64,000 bases of DNA from positions 62,001-126,000 of IMG/VR virus record IMGVR_UViG_3300047510_001118. One strand, given 5' to 3'. A program made the position numbers and the translations under genes. The notes beneath the pieces are model-generated. The model was not told the DNA's origin and did no database searches. It saw nothing but the letters and a program-made list of their open reading frames with translations. Below are positions 48,477 through 55,042 of the stretch, piece by piece (the stretch's first letter is position 1; the number at the start of each line of letters is the position of its first letter).

Positions 48477-48752
48477 ATGAAATACACTTTTTCTAAAGAA
48501 AGCAAGACTTTTAAAGTTTTCAACGCTCTTTATCAGGGCGAGCGTTTGACACAGAGCCAAGCCGTTAAACGTTTCGGCGTTAAGAATTTGGCTGCTGAAG
48601 CAAGCCGTATCCGTCAAAACGGTTACGCTGTCTACGCAAAGAGCCGTACTGCTGGTAATGGTGTTACCGTTACTGAGTACGAAATGGGTAATCCAAGTCG
48701 TGAGATCGTTGCTTTAGGTTACAAAGCCAAAGCAATGGGCATCACTATCTAA
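48477..48752 (+). CDS. winged-HTH DNA-binding protein
   Basis: LTQSQAVKRFGVKNLAAEASRIRQNGYAV followed by a beta-hairpin wing; own promoter; strong codon bias. Confidence 0.7.
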   Translation: MKYTFSKESKTFKVFNALYQGERLTQSQAVKRFGVKNLAAEASRIRQNGYAVYAKSRTAGNGVTVTEYEMGNPSREIVALGYKAKAMGITI

Positions 48753-48758
48753 GAATAA

Positions 48759-48895
48759 ACTCGCCGCGATGGCGATGTGAAGTCCTAGGATTCGCTCCCC
48801 TAGGCAACGGCTGAACCGATTCGCTCCCGGGTAGGCCACCGGAAGGGTACTGTAAAAGGTACCCTTCCACCTTATGTGGGTATTCAAAATACCAG
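48759..48895. ncRNA. structured intergenic RNA carrying two hairpins with identical ATTCGCTCC loops
   Basis: hairpins at 48762-48776, 48784-48804, 48809-48837 and 48841-48868 (10-bp perfect stem). Confidence 0.6.
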
Positions 48896-48954
48896 TTGAC
48901 AGTTTGGAGGATCGGCGCTATACTATGCACATAGTAAGAAGTTAGGAGCGAAAG

Positions 48955-49239
48955 ATGGAAAAAGGAACTTGCCCAGTCTGTAATGGATCAACCCGTGTGC
49001 CCGCTGGGGATAACAAATATAAATCAGTTATCGCTGGCTACGACCAGGCTACTGATACTTTTGGTTGTACCAACTGCGGGGGTCAGTATATGTACGGTCG
49101 CCCAACAGGTGAAGTTCGCTTGAACAAGGCGGGAGAGCCCTGCACTCACAAATATTCTTCTAAGACAGTGGGACGGTGCTTGACGGAATACACCTGCGAG
49201 CATTGTGGGGATCGATTCCAGATTGACAGCGGTGACTGA
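48955..49239 (+). CDS. zinc-ribbon early protein
   Basis: CPVC, CTNC, CEHC; AGGAGCGAA RBS. Confidence 0.75.
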   Translation: MEKGTCPVCNGSTRVPAGDNKYKSVIAGYDQATDTFGCTNCGGQYMYGRPTGEVRLNKAGEPCTHKYSSKTVGRCLTEYTCEHCGDRFQIDSGD

Positions 49240-49281
49240 TTGTGCTATACTATAGGTATAGTGAATGATAAGGAGCGAAAA

Positions 49282-49533
49282 ATGTTGACACTAGATAAAA
49301 TCCGTAAAATTGAATTCCGTGGCGAAGAGTTTGAACAGTTCCACGGCAGTCCGTTTGATCGCGGTGCAGCAGATAGTTATTACGGGAGACCTCAGGACCC
49401 GCATTGGTTTCCTGAAGGCACTTACAAGGGACGCCGCATTGACAGCCCTGACATGACTATGAAAGAACTTCGTGCTTACTTCGCAGGCTACGAATACAAC
49501 GAACAGCATGGCGACAAGAAGGACTGGGGTTAA
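49282..49533 (+). CDS. conserved phage early protein
   Basis: HGSPFDRGAADSYYGR; AAGGAGCGAA RBS. Confidence 0.75.
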   Translation: MLTLDKIRKIEFRGEEFEQFHGSPFDRGAADSYYGRPQDPHWFPEGTYKGRRIDSPDMTMKELRAYFAGYEYNEQHGDKKDWG

Positions 49534-49625
49534 TGGCTGACCTTGTAACCTATGTCCTACTTCGCATCATCCAGGTGGCGATACTGGTGTTTGCGATAGC
49601 AGTTTTTATCAACGGTTTTTTCTAA
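49533..49625 (+). CDS. 30-aa hydrophobic peptide
   Basis: hand-translated, coupled ORF. Confidence 0.45.
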   Translation: MADLVTYVLLRIIQVAILVFAIAVFINGFF

Positions 49626-49634
49626 GGAGCGAAT

Positions 49635-50258
49635 ATGCCTAATTGGTGCAATAACAGAGTGGTGATCAGCCACGAAGACTCAAGCAAGATGGAAGCCTTG
49701 GTAGAGGCTATCAAAGATGGTAAGTTCTGTAATCATGTGATTCCTGTGCCCGAAAGTCTACATATCGTAGCAGGCTCTGTAGGTGACCCTGATGAGCAGA
49801 AGAAGCTCGAAGAGGACACAGCCCGTAACCTAGAAGTCCACGGCTATGGCAACTGGTATGACTTCTGTGTGAATCGCTGGGGAACCAAGTGGGATGTAGA
49901 CCCTTACGATCCTACAGATGTTAAGGTTGAGAACAACACCATTGAGTTTGGTTTTGATTCAGCCTGGGCACCACCCGTGGGAGTCTACGATGAACTAGTG
50001 AATCAGGGCTTCGAAGTAGAGGCAACTTACTACGAGCCAGGCATGGCCTTTGTGGGTCGTTGGCATAATGGCTATGATGACTGCGTTGAGTTCGGCGGTG
50101 AGACCTCTGCGACTGTGCGTGATGTCATCGGAGAAGAGCTAGATGATGAGTATGGTATCTCAGAGACCATGGCTGAATACGAAGAGATGGACAAGGACGA
50201 AACTACCCAGTGGTATGAAGAGGGTGTGGAATCCAAAGGTTTAGAGCCACACAAATAA
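49635..50258 (+). CDS. YubB/DUF1281-like ferredoxin-domain protein
   Basis: MPNWCNN, WYDFC...WGTKWD, FDSAWAPP, YYEPG. Confidence 0.8.
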   Translation: MPNWCNNRVVISHEDSSKMEALVEAIKDGKFCNHVIPVPESLHIVAGSVGDPDEQKKLEEDTARNLEVHGYGNWYDFCVNRWGTKWDVDPYDPTDVKVENNTIEFGFDSAWAPPVGVYDELVNQGFEVEATYYEPGMAFVGRWHNGYDDCVEFGGETSATVRDVIGEELDDEYGISETMAEYEEMDKDETTQWYEEGVESKGLEPHK

Positions 50259-50412
50259 CAGCCACTAGGCCCTGCAACACGCCTGGGCACTTCGCTGGTG
50301 TGGCTTTTTTACAACAGGAATACCCTACTTAACCGTAGGGTTTTTCTGCTTTTTGGTTGACGGTTTGGGTGGCCCCTGCTATACTATAGAAACTGTAACA
50401 AAGGAGCGAGCA

Positions 50413-50565
50413 ATGCTGACACTGAAAGACGCTAAGAAACTGTGTGGGATGGATCCGCGCACTACGGCACGTTGGTATGCGCAGGGCTACTATATGAAGG
50501 CTGACGGACGCTGGTACATTACTGTAGGCGGTGTAGAGTATGTGAAATACTACACCGGAAACTAG
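50413..50565 (+). CDS. small early protein
   Basis: AAGGAGCGAG RBS before MLTLKD. Confidence 0.65.
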   Translation: MLTLKDAKKLCGMDPRTTARWYAQGYYMKADGRWYITVGGVEYVKYYTGN

Positions 50566-50610
50566 GGTTTTTGGTTGACAACCGGTAGTGACCGGTGCTA
50601 TAATATGAAC

Positions 50611-50829
50611 ATGAACTTAGAAACTATCGCCAAACACACAGCCCTGTTCTTTACCCTAGTAGGGGCCCTATTCACAGCACTAGCCTGGGATCCCATGAAC
50701 ATCCTGTTCTTGAACTTGGGCAGTCTGCTGTATCTCTTTTGGGCCTACAGGGTTAGGGATTGGAATCTCGTAGCAGTCAATGCAGGACTGTTGACAATCT
50801 ATGTGATTGGCGCTATAATTAGACTATGA
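50611..50829 (+). CDS. small multi-TM protein (PnuC-like segment)
   Basis: three hydrophobic helices; leaderless start. Confidence 0.55.
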   Translation: MNLETIAKHTALFFTLVGALFTALAWDPMNILFLNLGSLLYLFWAYRVRDWNLVAVNAGLLTIYVIGAIIRL

Positions 50830-50972
50830 TGAAACTTCAAGTAAAGATTCCCCAAAAGACTCGTGCACATCGTGTGCTTTGGGACAGAGACTTGCCTTTT
50901 CGTCCAAAAACGGAACAGAGCAAGACACAGTATCGCCGCAAGGCTAAACATCCTAACAAGGAGATTGCATAA
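50826..50972 (+). CDS. 48-aa basic protein
   Basis: hand-translated; RAHRVLWDRDLPFRPK...YRRKAKH. Confidence 0.6.
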   Translation: MMKLQVKIPQKTRAHRVLWDRDLPFRPKTEQSKTQYRRKAKHPNKEIA

Positions 50973-51154
50973 TGAAAGAAGGCTTCATGTTTGTCACTGG
51001 ACTCTTGCTGACGCTGGGCGGAGTGGGTGGAATTGAGAACTCTATGACGGACAGCGAACTGCTCTCATCGCTTGCTGTTGCTGTTGTGGGCTTGGGAATC
51101 TTTGGTTGTTCTGCTCTGATGATTCAGCAGAAAGAATTGGACAACCAAATCTAA
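50972..51154 (+). CDS. two-TM small protein
   Basis: AAGGAG RBS. Confidence 0.65.
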   Translation: MKEGFMFVTGLLLTLGGVGGIENSMTDSELLSSLAVAVVGLGIFGCSALMIQQKELDNQI

Positions 51155-51249
51155 AATATTGGTTGACACCCAATCCAAACGGTGTTACAATATGGATACA
51201 GTGAAAGGTTCACTGTTAACTTTAGGCAACTATAGAAAGGCAACTTAAA

Positions 51250-51618
51250 ATGGCAACTAGTAAACTGTACAACGTGGTAGGTATCTCTACCCTCAATGGC
51301 GACGCCAAAGTTCGCTTCGCAAATGATGTGATGCGCATCAAAGTGTTGGCTAAGAATGGTCACACTGACATCAATCTTGTAGAGCTTCCCTCTGCGATGT
51401 TGAAAACTGATGCAGCTCGCTTCTTGAGCAATCTCCCTGAGTTCCAAACTGCTGTGGCCAAGGCTGCTGTAGCAGAGTACCTTGACAAGAACGATCGTGC
51501 TCCTAAGGCACGTGTCGAAGTCAAGACTGCGGTGAAGAAAGCCGTTGAGACCAAGCCCGCAAAGGCCAAGGCTCCACGTGTGACTACTCCTGCTGAGGAC
51601 GAAGACGCACCCTTCTAA
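51250..51618 (+). CDS. hypothetical early protein with Ala/Lys-rich tail
   Basis: own promoter at 51163. Confidence 0.7.
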   Translation: MATSKLYNVVGISTLNGDAKVRFANDVMRIKVLAKNGHTDINLVELPSAMLKTDAARFLSNLPEFQTAVAKAAVAEYLDKNDRAPKARVEVKTAVKKAVETKPAKAKAPRVTTPAEDEDAPF

Positions 51619-51689
51619 GGTAGGGATCAAAAGCGGTTGACAACAGCCGCTTTTGGTGCTATACTTTAACAAATAGTAAGGAGCGTGAG

Positions 51690-51824
51690 ATGGAACTTAT
51701 TCTAGCATTCGTAGCAGGACTCATCGTAATGGATCTTCTCTGGGCTTGGCGCATGGGCATTCCCCAAATGCTTTGGGCTCGTTGGAAGTATCGTAAATCT
51801 CTCAAAGATCAGGAGCAATCATGA
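51690..51824 (+). CDS. 44-aa membrane peptide
   Basis: AAGGAGCGTG RBS. Confidence 0.55.
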   Translation: MELILAFVAGLIVMDLLWAWRMGIPQMLWARWKYRKSLKDQEQS

Positions 51825-51949
51825 CCAGTCATATCATAGCATTCATCGCAGGTGTCGTAGTGGCCACAGTAGGTTTCACAGGCGTGGCTCAGATCGCAGA
51901 CTCAGGCATCCAGAAGGTTCAGGCAATATCAAAAGAAGCGGCTAAGTAA
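51821..51949 (+). CDS. 42-aa membrane peptide
   Basis: AGGAG RBS, ATGA coupling. Confidence 0.55.
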   Translation: MTSHIIAFIAGVVVATVGFTGVAQIADSGIQKVQAISKEAAK

Positions 51950-51956
51950 TCAACCT

Positions 51957-52034
51957 GGGCCTCTAGCTCATGTTGGTTAGAGCAGTGGACTCATAATCCA
52001 TTGGTGCGGAGTTCGACTCTCCGGGGGCCCACCA
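51957..52034 (+). tRNA. tRNA CAT anticodon, probably Ile2 (lysidine, reads AUA)
   Basis: cloverleaf with GTGGA-CTCATAA-TCCAT arm, GTTCG T-loop, encoded CCA; resembles ileX rather than Met tRNAs. Confidence 0.9.
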
Positions 52035-52038
52035 GATC

Positions 52039-52123
52039 GCGACTGTGGTGAAATCGGTAGACACAAGAGACTTAAAATCTCTCGCTGCAAGGCGTGCCAG
52101 TTCGATTCTGGCCAGTCGCACCA
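52039..52123 (+). tRNA. tRNA-Leu(TAA)
   Basis: AGAGA-CTTAAAA-TCTCT arm, long variable arm, CCA. Confidence 0.93.
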
Positions 52124-52129
52124 AACAAT

Positions 52130-52206
52130 CTGCCCGTAGCTCAACCGGATAGAGCAACGGCCTTCTAAGCCGTAGGTTGGGGGTTCGATTCCCTCCGGGC
52201 AGGCCA
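52130..52206 (+). tRNA. tRNA-Arg(TCT)
   Basis: ACGGC-CTTCTAA-GCCGT arm, CTGCCCG/CGGGCAG acceptor stem, CCA. Confidence 0.93.
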
Positions 52207-52291
52207 GTGTTGCGAAAAAACAACACATTTTTTGGTTGACAATTTGGCTGACCCCTGCTATACTATTGATACTGTGATAACGAAGGAGCGA

Positions 52292-52633
52292 ATGATGATA
52301 CTAGTAATCGACACACAATACATGGAAAACTACGGTGCCCACGATTGGGACGGCAAGGGCGAGTGCCCCCAGTACTGGAAGATGAAGGGCGGCAGTTCCT
52401 ACAAGATCACCGGCATTCCTTCCGGTGTAGACTTCCAGGCAGTCATCGAACAGGTGACCCCAGAGATCGAGCGTAGCAACGACTACTGCCGTGAATACAT
52501 CATCGGCACCCACAGTGAAGCAGATGACTACCTCTCTGAGTTTGAGAAGAGCCAACTGGACTACGAGGGTGAGATCCAGTTTCCGGAACCCACAATCCAG
52601 TACGGGTCTTTGGTTGACAAAGTCGCGGCTTGA
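52292..52633 (+). CDS. conserved phage early protein
   Basis: TQYMENYGAHDWDGKGECPQYWKMKGG. Confidence 0.75.
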   Translation: MMILVIDTQYMENYGAHDWDGKGECPQYWKMKGGSSYKITGIPSGVDFQAVIEQVTPEIERSNDYCREYIIGTHSEADDYLSEFEKSQLDYEGEIQFPEPTIQYGSLVDKVAA

Positions 52634-52671
52634 TCGTATACTATTAAAACTGTAACTAAGGAGCGAACCAA

Positions 52672-53004
52672 ATGACAGACATCAAAACTATCGTAGATCA
52701 AGCAGTGGCCCTGGCTCAGGACGCTAGCCAGCAGTACTTCCAAAACACACTGAAAGGCCAGGATCAATTCGCCTGCGGCTTTGCCTGGGTTGATGTATAC
52801 GTAGAGCGTACCAATTCAAAAGAAGCCAAAGAGCTAATCGCTGCAGGCTTTAAGAAAGACTACAAGCCCAAGTGCTTGAGCATGTGGAACCCAGGCGGTA
52901 TCAACGTACAGAACATTGACACCAAAGAAGCGGGTGCTGATGCTATGGCTCGTTATCTACAGGCCCAGGGCTTCAAAGCCTACGCAGGCAGTCGATTAGA
53001 CTAA
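52672..53004 (+). CDS. conserved phage early protein
   Basis: ACGFAWV...QNIDTKEAGA. Confidence 0.75.
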   Translation: MTDIKTIVDQAVALAQDASQQYFQNTLKGQDQFACGFAWVDVYVERTNSKEAKELIAAGFKKDYKPKCLSMWNPGGINVQNIDTKEAGADAMARYLQAQGFKAYAGSRLD

Positions 53005-53064
53005 GTATTGACAGCCCCCAGGGGGCTGTAGTATAATTACATTTTTAACAGAGAAAGAGCGAAC

Positions 53065-53916
53065 ATGACTAATTTGGCAACTAAACCCGCAGGCTATCGT
53101 GTACTGAGTCTTGAGCAAGAAAGTCCTGCTCAAACACGTGAAACAGACGCAGAGATCATTGAACGCTTGCGTGAGCGTTTTGACATCCTTGATGACATGA
53201 CTCGTGCTGTAAAGAAAGGCGCTGTACGTGCAATGATCGTCAGTGGTGCTCCAGGCGTAGGTAAGAGCTTTGGTGTTGAGAAAGTTCTGGGCAAGCATGA
53301 TCTAATGGCCAATATCGCCAACGATGAAAAGCTCAAGAAGTACGAGATCGTCAAGGGTGCGATGTCAGCAATTGGCTTGTACTCAAAGCTCTATGAGTTC
53401 TCAGCAGAGAAGAACATCCTAGTGTTCGACGACTGTGACTCAGTACTGTTAGATGATCTTAGCCTTAACATTCTAAAGGCTGCTCTAGATACAAGTAAGA
53501 AGCGTACCATCCATTGGAACACTGACAGCAGACTGTTACGCAGTGAAGGTGTGCCCAATTCGTTTGAGTTCAAGGGTGGTGCTATCTTTATTACCAATAT
53601 CAACTTTCAGAACATCAAGAGCAAGAAGTTACAGGATCACTTGGCAGCTCTGGAAAGCCGTTGCCACTACATTGATCTAACCATACACACAGAGCGTGAG
53701 AAGATGTTGCGCATCAAACAGATCGTAGGCGATGGCATGCTCAACGAGTATGAGTTCTCAGAAGAGCAGACAGCAGAGCTTATTGGGTTTATTGACCTTA
53801 ACAAGAAGCGTCTACGCGAGCTGAGCCTGCGTACAGTACTAAAGACTGCAGACCTTATGCGCAGTTTCCCTGGGGACAAATGGCAGCGTGTAGCACAGAT
53901 CAGCCTAATGAAGTAA
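53065..53916 (+). CDS. P-loop AAA-like ATPase
   Basis: Walker A GAPGVGKS, Walker B LVFDDCD, FITN. Confidence 0.85.
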   Translation: MTNLATKPAGYRVLSLEQESPAQTRETDAEIIERLRERFDILDDMTRAVKKGAVRAMIVSGAPGVGKSFGVEKVLGKHDLMANIANDEKLKKYEIVKGAMSAIGLYSKLYEFSAEKNILVFDDCDSVLLDDLSLNILKAALDTSKKRTIHWNTDSRLLRSEGVPNSFEFKGGAIFITNINFQNIKSKKLQDHLAALESRCHYIDLTIHTEREKMLRIKQIVGDGMLNEYEFSEEQTAELIGFIDLNKKRLRELSLRTVLKTADLMRSFPGDKWQRVAQISLMK

Positions 53917-53917
53917 C

Positions 53918-53934
53918 GCTAGTTCGCTCCTAGC
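53918..53934. other. hairpin displaying TTCGCTC(C), antisense to the early RBS
   Basis: GCTAG-TTCGCTC-CTAGC. Confidence 0.6.
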
Positions 53935-53937
53935 CTT

Positions 53938-53965
53938 AGAGGATCCTTCGGGGTCCTCTTTTTTT
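53938..53965 (+). terminator. intrinsic terminator ending the early array
   Basis: AGAGGATCC-TTCG-GGGTCCTCT followed by a T-run. Confidence 0.9.
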
Positions 53966-54176
53966 ATCAAAAATTTTTTCGTCGAGGAGGTTAGAAAAAA
54001 TCTTTTCGAAAAAAAATTCGGTGAGGGGTAGTAAAATAAAACTGTTGTAAAAAAACAACATAGTGGTAACAAATCACCAGGCCACCGAAAAAATACCCTA
54101 TACTTTAATTTTTTACGGTGCAGTTTTTTAAAACCAGAGTGGACCCATTCGGGCCAAGTTCCTCGCTATATACTGT

Positions 54177-54398
54177 ATGATCAGATTCCCCCAAGAAACT
54201 ATCCAAAAGATTGTTCAAACACTCGCAGCCATAACAGCCACAGGTTTTATTACCTTTACAGTAACGCACCTACATGCGCCATTGATATCCTGGCTGTTAT
54301 GGTTTACACATTGGATTGTTGCCATCCCCATAGCCTTAGGCACTGTGTTTTGGCTAGCACCCCTATACAGTCGGTGGCTTAAAAAACTGGTTGGATAA
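54177..54398 (+). CDS. two-TM small protein (DUF2798-like)
   Basis: hydrophobic 73-aa ORF. Confidence 0.55.
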   Translation: MIRFPQETIQKIVQTLAAITATGFITFTVTHLHAPLISWLLWFTHWIVAIPIALGTVFWLAPLYSRWLKKLVG

Positions 54399-54469
54399 GT
54401 ATATAAGTACTCCGCAAATTTTTTTTGCGGGCTATTTTTTAAAACCGGGCAGGACCCATTGGAGCAACT

Positions 54470-54748
54470 GTGGCAAAACGTAAATCTGCAACTGTAGACA
54501 TAGAAACAAACCTCCCCAACGACGACTTTTCAAAACTCACTGAAGACCAAACTCTGGATCTATTAGAACTAACGTTCACAGCACTGTGTCAACGCTTAGA
54601 GCAAGGTGGAGTAGACCCAGAACTGATCACTGGCACACTGTTTGGCATATTTGCTGATCGTATGGCTGAGCTAGGAGATCGTGAATCATTTGACTGTATG
54701 TTAGCCGAAGCCATCGAAACACCATGGCAGGACTATACTCTACACTAA
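54470..54748 (+). CDS. hypothetical protein
   Basis: GGAG RBS, GTG start. Confidence 0.65.
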   Translation: MAKRKSATVDIETNLPNDDFSKLTEDQTLDLLELTFTALCQRLEQGGVDPELITGTLFGIFADRMAELGDRESFDCMLAEAIETPWQDYTLH

Positions 54749-54869
54749 CGAGTTTCTGTACAGTCTTTTAATGATATTCACTATGTACTTTATGGTCATT
54801 TAGTCATATAATACTGATACATACTAATGCAATACCTAGTATGTTTTATCAACACAAAGGAGTATTATT

Positions 54870-54941
54870 ATGTGGACCAAACCAACTGCAACTGAAATGC
54901 GTTACGGTTTTGAAGTAACCATGTACATCATGAACAGATAA
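54870..54941 (+). CDS. pqqA: PQQ precursor peptide
   Basis: hand translation MWTKPTATEMRYGFEVTMYIMNR with the conserved E-x3-Y; AAGGAG RBS. Confidence 0.92.
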   Translation: MWTKPTATEMRYGFEVTMYIMNR

Positions 54942-54965
54942 TCTCTGTCACTGTGTATAAGGAAC

Positions 54966-54989
54966 AGCCCACATAATAGTGGGCTTTTT
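54966..54989 (+). terminator. intrinsic terminator after pqqA
   Basis: AGCCCAC-ATAATA-GTGGGCT-TTTT. Confidence 0.8.
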
Positions 54990-55042
54990 CTTGGCTAAAA
55001 ATTTGTTTTTGACCGCTACGCGGCTTCGCCGCTACGTGACTC

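Larger units (their letters stand above)
43396..53037 (+). promoter_or_regulatory. array of 18 near-consensus sigma70 early promoters
   Basis: -35 boxes at 43396, 44333, 44858, 45329, 45947, 46601, 47254, 48402, 48896, 49223, 50357, 50575, 50791, 51163, 51637, 52236, 52614, 53008; spacers of 16-18 nt to TATACT/TATAAT-like -10 boxes. Confidence 0.9.

Noticed and set aside
50288-50300. CAC-TTCGCTG-GTG as a fourth anti-RBS hairpin
   Set aside because: Only a 3-4 bp stem, a loop mismatched to GGAG, and it overlaps the TGTTG-N8-CAACA and terminator-like element.
51963-52228. Minus-strand ORFs 51963-52226 and 51977-52228
   Set aside because: Antisense translations of the three tRNA genes.
43396-53037. 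Regularly recurring GGTTGACAACCGGT... repeats as a CRISPR array
   Set aside because: Repeats are hundreds of bp apart, separated by genes, and have promoter structure; no cas genes.
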